Positions 13,801 to 25,509 of a DNA stretch of 57,158 nucleotides are shown here, piece after piece (the stretch's first letter is position 1; each line of letters opens with the position of its first letter). Source of the DNA: Isurus oxyrinchus (Eukaryota); the NCBI GenBank assembly GCA_026770705.1, contig JANJGN010000724.1, positions 248,001-305,158 of the forward strand, given 5' to 3'. The notes under the pieces were generated by a model. That model was not told the DNA's origin. It ran no database searches and was given only the letters and a program-made list of their open reading frames with translations. The translations under genes and the position numbers were made by a program.

Positions 13801-16800
13801 GTGAACAGATTGGCTTCAATCTCAGAGAGCTGCCAGGGAGAGGAATGGAGTTGGTAGCGAGGGAACAGAGTTTGGAGCGGGGAATGAAGGCAATGGCTTC
13901 AGTCTTTCCAATATTTAATTGGAGGGAATTTCTGCCCATCCAGTACTGGATGTCGGATAAGCAGCCTGATAATTTAGCAGCAGTGGAGGAGTCGAGAGAG
14001 GTGGTGGTGAGGTAGAGCTGGGCATCCTCAGTGGACAGGTGAAAACTAACACTGTTCAGATGATGCTGCAAAGCCATTGCAAGTGATTCTCTGGCTACGA
14101 TGAGATGGATAAGAATGGAGCCAGGGGAGAGCAGTCCCACCCAGCTGGACGACAGTGGAGAGGTGTTTGAGGAGGATGGTGTGGTCGAGCGTGTCAAAGG
14201 CTGCAGACAGATCGAGAAGGACGAGGAGGGAAAGTTGACCTTTGTCACAGTCACACAGGATGCCATTTGTGACCTTGATAAGAGCTGTTTCAGCACAGTG
14301 GCTGGGGTGGGAACCTGATTGGAGGGATTCAAACATGGAGTTCCGGGAAAGATGGGAACGGATTCGGGAGATGGAAACACGTTCAAGGACTTTGGAGGTG
14401 AAAGAGAGGCTGGAGATGGGACGGGGGTTTACACGGACAGTGTGAAGGGTGGAAGGTGTAGTGGGGAGGAGACACGTCACTCAGGGGGGAGGTGTCATCA
14501 CCCCTCAGCTCGGTTTACCTTACAGCTATGATGTGGATTCAATCACACACAATAAGCTCATGGATCTGGGAGCAGAAATAGACAAATCATTAAAAATAGT
14601 GACGCTGGTTAACACGGCCAAAAAACAAGCAAATCAAACACTATTATTTCCCATTGAGTGTTGGATGTGAATTGTTGAGTAATTATAACACAGCACTTAC
14701 CAGAAACGTGAAGCTGGGTTACAGGGTAATAGTTATAGCTCGGACCATTGTCAAAATCTATTCTGAAAATATAAGTTCCTGCATCTTCCCGTCTGATGTT
14801 GCTTATAATCAGGGAACAGTCGCCATCTTTCAGGTCTCCAGACAGCCGGGTCCGATGGTCGAACCGTGGTAACTCGCGACTGTGATCCTTGGAGTGAAAG
14901 GCTATAGACCATTTAAACCATTTGTTCTGTCTGTCCCTCCTCATATACCAGATTCCGACATGTGTTTTCTTTACCAAATGTGATGGGTAACTGTGATGAC
15001 ATGGAATCTGTACACACGAACCTTCCTGCGCTGTCATCTCTCGTGGAGTGTCACCTTTCCACTCTTGTGACAGTACAACTGGGGAGAGAAATATCAATAT
15101 TTAACTCTGGATGGTTTGTAGATCCACTAGACTCGATATCCACCCCCTCCATCACTGTGGCACAGTGGCTGCAGTGTGGACCATCTGCAGGACACACAAG
15201 GAAGTCCACAAGGTATCACAATGGATGGAAGAGAATCCTGGACACAGGAGTGGACAAGTTCATTCTACATTGGCTCATGGTCCTCAGGACCCTGTTTGTG
15301 CACAAGCCTTGCTATCCAACAGAACTGAAGTTGGGGAAAATCCATTTAGAATTCCACTGTCCTGGGAATTGTCCTAACTTGCTGAGTTTGTTTTAAATCT
15401 AACATCTATTTTTGGTCTGTTGCCTTAAAAGGAGTGTAACTGGGAGTCAGGTTAATTAGGAATTTTAGGAGTTATTATAGCTGTCATTGTAGTCTTATGT
15501 ATGTGCTTGAAATCTTTTATTTTGATGACAAATATTTTAATTTATTTTTTTAAATCTCTAAAGGTCTTGGTGTAATTATTGCTTCTGAATTCAGTGCACA
15601 CATCTCATAATAAATACAAATTGCAAATTCATTATGATCGTGTGACCACCTTTCTCTCATGGACTTGGTCTGCCTGGCACACATCACCTGCCAAGTGATA
15701 ACACTGTTGTAATATGCCTTTCAGGGACAGCAGCATGACATCACTCGAGGGGAAGTGTGTCATGTGATTTTTCAGAACTGGGCTTGGCTTAAGGAAGTTC
15801 TCTGTGTATTTGTGTGTGTTAGGCATAACGTATATCTGTAAGTTGAAGTTTAGTTTGTATTTCTGTATTTGGGTGTTTTGAAAAGGGGGAACTTGAGTTT
15901 TGGTTTCACTTTGGAAGAAGCCGCCTGTCTAATGAGTTTTTATGACTCTTGAAGGGAAGTCAAAACAAACACAAGGTAGAAGAAACTGTGCTGTTGCCTA
16001 GTAACAGTGGTCCAGACGGAAAGACCCACAGAGACCGAGAAAAACAGAAAAATACTTTCAGTTCTGTTGAAAGGAGTTGCCAGGAGAAGCAGCAAAGGAG
16101 CGGGACAGATAGTCAGTCCCAAAGTAAAGATGAAGCCAAAACCATCGAGTGGAACAGGAGAAAGGGCCCAAGAAGACGTTCTTATCAAATCTGGAAAAAG
16201 CCCTGTTAAGTGAAGTTAAGAGTGAGGAACAGAAGAAGGCTCGAAACATAAAGGGAGAAAGCAGCAGGACACAGACCTAAAGCAAAATAGGCTTGTGAGA
16301 AGCCAGAAGATCCTTGGAGACACCACAGGTTGGTGACTCATTACTACGGCCATGTGAAGCCATGGTGTTCCATTGACACGGCTGAGCATTGGAGAGACAG
16401 GGCGTGGAAGGAAGGCTGAATGCACGTGGCGATCCAGGGGACAGGAACATGGGAAGGAGAGTTTGAAATAGTGAAAGTGGACCCTTGTGGAAGGTGTCTG
16501 AGTGAAAGTGTCATGTTGGAGAAGATTCCAAAGCGAGTTCTTGGAGAGTGGAGATTGGAAACTCTCATATGGATATCTCAGTTCAGTGAGACTGGTTGGC
16601 TCACAGTGTAACAAGCGTCTGGGGTCTGATGAGGAGGGAGACATAGCATTTGTTCCAAGTGGGTTCTGTCAGTTTCTTTCAGAATGTGGTGTCCCTGACC
16701 CCAGGTCGTCTATTGGTTTACATCGACTGTGCACTTAGTGTGAACATGAGAGTATAAGATAGCTATTGTAACTTGTGTTCTACTTATGAATCTGCAAAGG

Positions 16801-19800
16801 TATAGGTCTGGGTGAAGGAGTAATGTAATATAGTTTGTCTTTCCTAGTTTAATAAATGTTTTATTCTTTAGTTAGAAGTTCATCAGATGACTCCTGTGAC
16901 TCTGTTCAGTAGCCGCACTCCACATTCAAAAATAAAAAATAAAAGTTAGGACCTATCAAGCTGAGTTCCACCCTGGTATCTGACTTGCCCAGTAGTAACA
17001 TCAGCTGGGATGATAACACCATCCAGTCCAAGTTTCTCTTTGGCCTGTGAGCAGAACACAGCTCACACAGTTTGGCTGCAGGTGTCTCCCAGCTTTCTAT
17101 CCTTGTTCTCATCTCCCTATTCTAAATAACTGAACCCACAATGAATTTACCCAATTCCGTATCAGTGGCTGGTGCCTTTATATCATTATAAAAACACAAC
17201 ATGGTGATCAGCGGTGGCCAAACATTCTGGCAGCAAGATTCAGTACAGGTATGACGTGGTGAACAGCCTTAGATCGAGCTACATGACATGAGACGACCCT
17301 CGACGCTTTGGTCAGACCACAACAGAGACACAGCATCAGAGAGGGTTGAAATCGCAGTGTACTGACTGCTCAGGAAACCTTTGAAGACACAGTGACGGGA
17401 AAGAGCTCAAGTAAAGAGCTGGGGAGCAGACGGATCCCTCGTGGTGAGATTACAGCACACGGCCTGTAGGTCAGTGAGTGGGACAGTGTGTATCGCCAGG
17501 ACCAGCAGCGGGTTAGCTCAGTCAGGGAAGGCGAGTGACCAGGGTGTTGTCTGGATCGATAGTGAGCGAGGGAGAGTCAAACACACAAAAACCATTATAA
17601 AAATCAGCCCAGAGAAGTTAGTGATTATAACGGGCGGCTTCGAGACTGTTGAACAGCAAATTGAATAAAAAACAAAGACTCCATTACTCCGTGGTGTGTT
17701 CCTGCCACAACCCGTCTTCGTGGGCGGAGCTTCGGAAAAGCACACAAAAGGGGCTAAAGCGACACTCATCCCAGGTCCTGTAGGAGAAGGAAGGTCAAAG
17801 GAATATTGTCAGAATGTCCACGAAATTCCCCAGTTTGAACCGGGATGTAGCTGACCGACTATCTGAATTCAGAATGTTTAAAAAGCGTACAGAACTCTGG
17901 TTTCCTGATTCAGGTGTGACTGAACCAGACGAACAAGCCATAAAAATTCACCTCGCGATTGGGAATGAAGGTCTACCCAGGCTGAACACATCAGGATTAA
18001 CAGCAGAAGAGCGAAAGGATCCCCAATAGATATGGACGACATTGGAAGACAGGTTCAGAATCACGTTAAACTCCACATTCATCAGCTAGAGTTTATGTCA
18101 TTTCATCAGCCTACACAATCCATAGACCACTTCATCAGCCGATGTAGAGAAAAGGGTACGCACTGTGATTTCAAACACAGAGTCTGCAGACACAGTTGTT
18201 GAGTTGGTGATCGCATCCACTCCCATGGAAGCCTTCCAGAAAGATCTGCTAGATAAGACCAAAACCTATAGCATTGAAGAGCTACTCAAGGATGGACATA
18301 AATACGAAGTGATCATCGCAGGTCAACGAAGCTTACAGGTCCTCAGTACAACATCAATTGTTGACACACTCACTAGAACATCCAAACCTAGTGAGACGTG
18401 TGGAAGGTGTGGCCTTCTGCAGGCACCAAGGAAATGCCCAGCTTTCCACCAATCCTGCAAGGCTTGTGGCAGAAAGGGCCATTGACAGCGGCAGGGCACT
18501 AGAGCAAAGGCTGATGCAGCTACAAAGAGCCATGCGCTGATCCAAACAGACCCTACACAACGGGGAACCTTCAATCAATAAGAATGACCATCCGCTATCC
18601 CATCAGGAACATATACATGTGGTGACTGACAAACCAGGAAATGGCGATGATGTACACGGTGAGACGAGGAGCGGTGATCGATATTCCACCTCTCACACAT
18701 ATCCTGACGTGGCTTGCCAATAAATTGTGGATTGTTGTCCTTAATGATCTCTCTGGGCACATCAAATAAACTGAAAATGTCCCATAGTGGTGGGATTTTC
18801 TGGCCCCACCCACTGCCAGGATTGTCCGGTCCGGCCGAAAGCCAATGGATTTATATTTGTCCCAATCTCCCAAGGCAGGTCCCACCATGACCGGGCCGGA
18901 AAACCCCGGCCTAGAGTTTGTGCAACATTTGTGCTCAATGTTTTGTGCAATTGTTGAACAATTTCACACCTTTTACACCATCAATCTCACGGAGAACAGA
19001 TGCTGTCACATCACCCGCACTATTGGCCAAGATTCCAATTATCTGCCCTGAGAAAGTTGCTACCTCTCCTTTATTGGCCAAGATTGACACAAGGGCAAGT
19101 GCCAACATTCCCCTCCCCCAGACCACCCCAGTAAATTTTCAAAGACATGTATCCAAGGACATGGAAGTCCATGGGGAAACCTACTGCTGTGTACAACAAT
19201 TCACCAACTCCATGTGCGGAATACATAGTCCTGGGGTGCAAGTACAATCAATCCTCCTGGGTGTCACAGATGTTCTACATCGTGGAGACTAAAGGCTGAA
19301 CAATTGCAAGTCTACCGGCATGCGGTGACCTCACACTAGTGACAATCCACGGAATCTGTCAGAACTGACATGGGTCAACCTCAGAAACTACCCCATCAAC
19401 TCAGTTCATGGACATAACATTGAAATATGCAGAAAGTTTCAACAGTATTTGCAGTTTCAAGGGAGCTGCAACATTACACCTGCAGGAGAATGCAAGTCTG
19501 TCAATTGATCCAGTACATTTAGCACAACAGAAATGCCAGCAGCTACAAGAGGGGACAGTGAAAAAATCTACAGGAACTGTGGAAATATCATTGAAAGGGT
19601 GGCCTGATTCAACTTGACGTCATCGGGATAAGCGAGGCATCTCCCAGGGAGTCATTTTTAATGGCAGGCATCGCATCATACCAGAACCTTTGTGATGATA
19701 TATTCTTCAACAACTTCATCCTTCACACATGGGCACAGATCAGACAAGGAGACTCACAAGAGATACAGTCCCTGGCCGGGTATAAACAATGACCTTGAAG

Positions 19801-22129
19801 TCGTTGTAGGGAAGTTCGAGGCTTGTCAAGAGGATGAGCCAAGTCAAGACAAAGAACCACTGATTCCACAGGAAATTCCTGCCCATTCTTAGTCCAAAAT
19901 CACATCTGAATCCTTTCATGTCCATGTCACTGACTTCATCATCATCGTCGACAGCTTTACCAGATACCCCGTTATTCAAAAATAGCACAACACACCGAGC
20001 ACAACTGCTGCTTACACTCTAAGCACTATTTTCAGTTTATTTGGTGAGCCTAGGGACATGATTACAGATAATCTGGAATATCAATCACACTACTTCTTCT
20101 CCTCATTACCCCAGATCTAACAGCCTAGCTGAATGAATGATTCACACAGTGAAATCCCTAATTCTCAAATGTAGACAGGCCAAGCAAGATCCACACATTG
20201 CAATGTTACATCTGAGATCGACACCTACAACTGCAACTTTGTTAAATTCATTCATGGGATGTGGGAGTCACTGGTCAGGCCAGGATTTATTACCCATCCC
20301 TAATGTAAGAGTTAACCACATTGACGTGGAATCTGGAGTCACATGTCGGCCAGACAATTTTGTTCCCTTAAGGGCACTGGTGAACAAGGTGGGATTTCCA
20401 ACAATGGTTTTGTGGTCATCACTAGACTTTGAATTTCATCTTTTTATTAAATTCAAATTCCATCATCTATTATGACAGGATTTGAACCCATATGCTCAGG
20501 ACATTACCCTGGGTCTCTGAATTACTCGTCCAGCAACAATACCACTACACCATCACCTCACCTTATTCCATCACTGACAGAGAGCATGTTTGGTGGGCCA
20601 GTAGTGACCAATTTCGCTATTCTTACCCATTCTACTCTCTCAGAAACCAGAGCGCAACTTTTAAAACTACAAGAGAAGATAAGGAATGTTCATGATAAAA
20701 ATGGAGGTGCAGAGTTGCCAAGTTTACAGTTGGGACAAGTTCACATCCAGGATCCCACAGAAGGTTCATGACCACCAGCCGAGGTGACAAGGATTTGTGC
20801 AGAACCAAGGGCCTATGGAGTCAAACACACAAGGGCACAGCGGTGAGGCGGAACCGAGGATAAATCAGATCCATTCCCGCTCCTATTCCATCGAGGAGAA
20901 GATCCCACATGAAATCAGGATCAGCATCCAAGGGTAACAATCCCACAGATCACTGTGAGCAGTTAAAGACACCTCCGGACAAGGTAACCAGCACAAGATC
21001 TGGGTGTACCAGAAGGTCAAATCCACACTTTAGAGACTCAAATATTCAACAGTTCCGTACACTTATGTAATTGTCAATAAATATGAACATGATATGAGAA
21101 ACCGCTTGCTCCCTATCCTTCTCAAAGATCCATTCCTGCAGCAGGAGCCTGAAGAGTTATTGAAAAGGGACTTAATTTATCGAATTGTAGAATGATCCGG
21201 AACAGAAGGAAGCCATTTGGCCCATCGAACCTGTGCTGGGCCTTTGAAAGATCTGTCCAATTATTCCCACTCTCACCTCTGCTCTCTCCCCCACAGCCCT
21301 GCAAAATGTCCCCTTCAAGTATTTATCCAGTTCCCCTTCTGAAAGTTCCTGTTGAATCTGCTTCCACCGCCCTTTCAGGCAGTGAGTCAATGGTCTCTCT
21401 CTGAGCTGCAAAGTGATAAGTTTCAATGAAATATAAACTCTGCAGCAGATCAGAAACAATCATGATAACTCAGAATATTTGACAGTTTTACATACAGACA
21501 GCTTTGCCTCCCTTCTCTCTATCAGTTATCTTGCTATCTTATCGAATTTTCTAGCATGGTGAGAAGGGACAGGAAGTGTGACGCTGAACTGCCTGTCTAA
21601 TCTAAGAGCTTCTGTGTTGTCTTCATGGGGAATTCTGATGAAAATCAGCAAGAGAGAAAAATTTTAGGGCATTGATATCGGAGTGCTTGCGTCAGGATAG
21701 ACTTCATCCCCCAGTTTTTATCCCTGCTTCTCTATTCAGCCGATCGCTCCCCTGTCACTCGCTGACCTACACTGACTCCCAGTCCAGCAATGACTCAATT
21801 TTCAAAATCTCTTCATTGATTCCTTATCCCTCCATCCTCCCTCTCTACTCCCTATCACTGTCACCTCCTCCAGCCCTGAAACCCTTTGAGGTCTCTGCTG
21901 TCCTCCAATTCTGCTGTCAGACAGGGAGTCAGTGTATATCAGTGAGCACAGGGGTGATGGGTGAATGGGACTTGGTGTGAGTTTGTACACTGGCTCACTG
22001 CTGAATCGGTTCCCTATCAGAGCTCAATAAGAATGATCTTTTACAAAGACTATTAGCCATAAGTCTGTCCAAGCTGACGATGATATTACCTTGGAGAAGT
22101 GACAGGAGGAAGTAAGATTTCCCGATCAT
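7738..22129 (-). CDS. Spliced gene: activating-type two-Ig-domain Siglec (CD33/MAG-related), exons 22129-22090, 15078-14701, 10322-10026, 7877-7738; 284 aa
   Basis: All junctions GT-AG and phase 1; lengths 40+378+297+140=855 nt give an open frame to TGA; requires skipping the pseudo-V at 11050-11418. Confidence 0.8.
10026..10322 (-). CDS. Siglec domain-2 C2-set Ig exon (FTDKPTIFPAEIIAGKRVDVICTFNTTCNGTAAPVLTW..SVLTLIPSLKHHGHTLSCRV..)
   Basis: 297 nt, phase 1-1, AG/GTAAG; B-strand Cys, extra inter-domain Cys, Trp and HGxxLxC motif typical of Siglec domain 2. Confidence 0.92.
11050..11418 (-). pseudogene. Duplicate Siglec V-set exon with premature TGA
   Basis: Intact splice sites, 369 nt; in-frame TGA at 11140-11138 (NIR*EDAGPYFFR). 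Confidence 0.88.
11476..12275 (+). mobile_element. CR1 LINE 3' fragment
   Basis: QRDLGVLVHES, RRNFLSQR..SLWNSLPQRAVEA and CR1 3' tail. Confidence 0.85.
12815..14460 (-). mobile_element. L2-type LINE fragment (degenerate RT and 3' region with 37-mer array)
   Basis: RPISSLSFTSKVLER, ETALIKVTN, LLVLLDLSAAFDTLDH, LQLNIGKTE, FHLRNIARL. Confidence 0.85.
14701..15078 (-). CDS. Intact Siglec V-set (sialic-acid-binding) exon
   Basis: 378 nt, phase 1-1; TAQEGSCVQIPC (two Cys), GDLKDGDCSL (E-strand Cys), EDAGTYIFR with the essential F-strand Arg, as in CD33 DNGSYFFR. Confidence 0.93.
15295..15703 (+). mobile_element. LTR fragment (same family as 29904-30948 and 54349-55300)
   Basis: Shared GAATTCAGTGCACACATCTCATAATAAATACAAATTGCAAA..CTGGCACACATCA..ATAACA end. 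Confidence 0.6.
15708..17018 (+). mobile_element. Probable solo LTR
   Basis: TGTAAT..ATAACA termini, AATAAA near 3' end, no coding signal. Confidence 0.45.
17814..20870 (+). mobile_element. Degenerate, internally deleted Gypsy/Ty3 LTR retrotransposon
   Basis: gag with zinc knuckles (CGRCG..CPAFHQSCKACGRKGH), protease-like KIDTRASAN, integrase WPGINNDLE..VDSFTRYP..SPHYPRSNSLAE..LRSTP; many stops; RT not seen. Confidence 0.85.
22090..22129 (-). CDS. Siglec leader exon MIGKSYFLLSLLQ
   Basis: ATG, hydrophobic core, CAAG|GTAATA phase-1 donor; completes the signal peptide with V-exon start VVLSQEW; conserved in two other copies. Confidence 0.85.
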
Positions 22130-22579
22130 TGTCCACTCCCAGATATTCCTTTAGCTTCTCACTCTTAAACTGTGAAAGAGAAAGGAGTTAATGAGACCTC
22201 ACCTCTTGTCCGACAGCTCTCGAGAGATCAGAACTGCTTTTAGACAATGTCTTCACAGACTAATTTGGTTCTCTGTGGGATGATAGGTGCTCTGCAGAGA
22301 GTTAAAAAGCTTTAAAAAAATAAATCAATGAAGGACTTGCATTTCTATATCGCCTTTCACTTCCTCAGGATGTCCCAATGCTCATGTCTCTGCACTTCCC
22401 TCATCCCTTGAGCTAGAAAGATGTTCTGTACAACAGACTTGAGTCTCACACCCAGATCTCAATAATCAGTAGAAATCTTGCAAAGGCATCAATCATTGGA
22501 ATCTGTCTTTATAAAGTCACATCATCAACAAAGGACGGTGTTGGTTGTGGAAGTGAATTCCAATCGTTCCGTTACTTAC

Positions 22580-22720
22580 CCAGGACCTGTCCGACTGCTT
22601 GCCTGGGGAGGAACTGCCCACACGCTCTGCTTGGGCTGAATGACCTCTTCCTGTGCTGCTGCCTCTGTGTATTTAATGAGAAAGGGTTGATGTGTCACTT
22701 TGAGACAAAATGAGGAAGTT
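22580..22720 (-). promoter_or_regulatory. Putative promoter and non-coding exon 1 of the activating Siglec
   Basis: Donor CTGG|GTAAGT at 22579; PU.1/Ets-like AAAATGAGGAAGT at ~22707-22719; both conserved in three paralogous copies. Confidence 0.55.
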
Positions 22721-22949
22721 GGATCAAAGTGACAGAACAGGTCGTGTTTTGAGTTTTTTGAAGCTGTTAACCCTTTGCGTTCTGGACTTGTGATGATATT
22801 TCTGCTCAAAAGTGGAAAGTCATTGACCAGGAATTTCTCCTGTGTGTCACTGGATTTCGAATCCTCTCTCTCTCTCTGAGTGAGAAGGTCATCAGTTCGA
22901 AATTCATTTGGCAAAATTCAGGCTGGCAAACCAGACCGGCACTCGGTGT

Positions 22950-23260
22950 CAGGACTGAGAGTCCTGCACAGTCGGAGAGTCAGTACTGAGGGAGTGTTGC
23001 ACTGTTGGACGGTCAGCACTGACTTAGTGCTGCACTGTCGGAGGTTCTGTACTGCGAGTGTTGCACTCTGGGTGTGCCAGTACTGAAGGAGTGCTGCACT
23101 GTCAGATGGTCAATGCTGAGGGAGCGCTACACTTTTCAAGCATCAGCACTTAGGGGCTGCTGCACTATCAGGGGGTCATGACTAAGGGACCACTGCACAG
23201 TCGGAGGGTCCGTACCCAGGGAATGCTGCACTGTCGCAGGCTCAGTACCGAGGGAGTGCA
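22950..23260 (+). repeat. Degenerate 33-bp satellite array at the 5' boundary of the activating Siglec gene
   Basis: ~9 diverged units. Confidence 0.8.
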
Positions 23261-23269
23261 AACTAAAGT

Positions 23270-24240
23270 AGTGACAAGCGTTGAATAAACTGGCGATGAG
23301 GTGAAAAACAAGGAAGAAAAAGCAAGGAATGAGAGCAAGGGAACTGAAATCGGGCTGTGCCTCACGCAGTGATTATAAATATAATTTCCATAAGGAAACC
23401 CCCCAGAAAGACTGAATTTGTAAATTACTGATCTGTGTAAATCATTTGATACTTTGAGAAAATTGTAAAAGTAAGTGTAAAATGTATTTCTGAGTAAAGG
23501 GGGAGGGTGGTGGTAATCTGATGTGTGATATACCTTTAAGAAGAAGGTTACAATGGAAGATAACATGAGCTCAGTGTTGTGGTGTGTTCTCAGAATCAAC
23601 CTCAGGCCTGGCTAAAAACAGAACTCTACCCATTACAGGGAAACCATCTTTTTTGTTCACAGAGTTAGTCACGTACACATTGGGTTATTTAAATTCAAAT
23701 CTTGTCAGTACATAATCACATAATAAGCAGATGTTCCCAGTCCCAGGTACATATCTGCTCCTTACCCAAGCAAGAGCTGTTTATCTCGTTCTAGCCTGGT
23801 GCTGTTTGCCTTTACCTTATCTGTTTACCCTCAGAATCTCTTTATGTCTCTTCTCGAGTTAATCCCTCGTGATCTTCAAGGCCTTTCTGGAGAGTTCTGC
23901 TGATGTCAGCCCCATGGTGCACAAGATTCACCTGGAGAATTCTGCTGACCTTTGGTTTTCACTAATAGAAGTCCCTGTTTAACTCTTATATCAGTGTCCA
24001 ACAGCCGAGTGGCGCAGGTACCTCAGTAGTCGGTCACCTTTGGTTAGAGCCTGTAATGCGGAGACAGGGCTTGAGTTGAAAGCACACAAGTGTAGCTGCT
24101 GAGTTCCTTTGTAAATAAGCAGAATGTGTTTCATCTAAGAACTGTCTGCTGATCTACTCTGTCTATTGTACCTACTCAGCCTCTCCAAAACAAGCCTGGA
24201 TCCATAAGTCCCAACAAACTCGTGACCAGCATCCAACAGT
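23270..24240 (+). mobile_element. LTR-retrotransposon remnants
   Basis: PBS-like TGGCGATGAGG (~23290), polypurine tract AAAGGGGGAGGG (~23496) followed by TG. Confidence 0.45.
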
Positions 24241-24347
24241 ATCAATAATTAATGTATGTATTGTGGGTGGAATTTTCGATTTGGATCAATAATACTAAAC
24301 ACTGATCACTCTGATTGTCACTCTGATCATTTCTGTTTCTATTACAG

Positions 24348-24464
24348 AAGAAAGATGAGAAGGATCTGGAAATGAAATCTAACCGCGGAGTCAATCCTGA
24401 TACAGATGATGATCTTTACGCAAACTGTGATTTTGCCAAGGATTCTGTTTATGGGAATTTATAA
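24348..24464 (+). CDS. Orphan terminal cytoplasmic exon KKDEKDLEMKSNRGVNPDTDDDLYANCDFAKDSVYGNL*
   Basis: Acceptor TTTCTGTTTCTATTACAG, phase 0, two Tyr motifs incl. ITIM-consensus SVYGNL at the C-terminus; no upstream TM exon found. Confidence 0.65.
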   Translation, partial: KKDEKDLEMKSNRGVNPDTDDDLYANCDFAKDSVYGNL

Positions 24465-25509
24465 ACTGAGTAAGAATGAGACACACACAGTGTGGGGAGA
24501 ATACAGAATGGGAGAATCATTCAAAACTCCAATTTACCTTCCTAATATCCACAGGAACTCACTCCCAGGAAATAGATTTAAACCTCTTGTTACAATCTGA
24601 TGGAATTTCTTTGGAATGATCTATCCAGGATGATTGTCTGTGGGTTTCAATTCAAACATCCTCCTTCAGATTTGTCCCTCACTGTTGGAAACATCCTTCT
24701 CTCCAATCTGATTGTAAATGTCTTTAGATATCGTTCGATGATGTACCAGGACAGAACGGACAAATTCAATCCCGTGTCCTTGATTATGAGTTAATTTTCA
24801 TTCTGTTATTCACCTTCCTGTCTGTCAGTGTTTACAGAATATTCACCAGCCAGTGTAGATTTCAGGGAATGCAGGAACGGTGGATAATTGGAGCAGAAGA
24901 GATTGGTAAAATTTACTCAGCATTTTGTAGTCAAATGTATTTTCAGATATATATTTGGATTTTACACTTCATCGTTAAAGAGCAAAACCATCAGCAATCC
25001 CGGAAACAGGGAAACAATTTGATTGGAGATTTGAGAAATTCTCTGCAGCTCAGAGGATAACAGATGTGATACAGTGCCACCACTGGTGGCAGGACATCAT
25101 TTCAGCGTGACATGTTTACATTGATGTTGCCAATGAACATAGGAAATTATGATGTGAAAAATTGGTTGCAGGTTTAACTTCTTCAATATGTCATGGATGG
25201 ATGAGACAGCTTTGACAACAGAATGAGATATAGCTGCAATAAACCATCATTTTAGTCTTTCACTCTTGGAGAGTACAATAAGCATCCATCCTGAAGGCTG
25301 AGTGGATGGGTGGACTGTGCGATGTGTTACAGATCACAGAGACCAACATCCTTGATCCTGGTTCTGCTCTGTGTTTGATGAGATACTTGGATAAAAGATT
25401 GGGAAAATAAATAATCCTCCGGCATTAACCTGTAACTGGTCTCTCCTTCTGTCAATGTCCTGAGGACAGAATTGGGTTCGAGGTCCAAAATCAGACATTC
25501 TTTGACTGC

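Noticed and set aside
14701-15078. V exons as rearranging Ig/TCR/NAR V segments
   Set aside because: No F-strand Cys (YxC); the G strand is encoded in the same exon, which ends in a splice donor; no RSS follows
17814-20870. Domesticated or active Gypsy gene
   Set aside because: Multiple stops and frameshifts, RT missing
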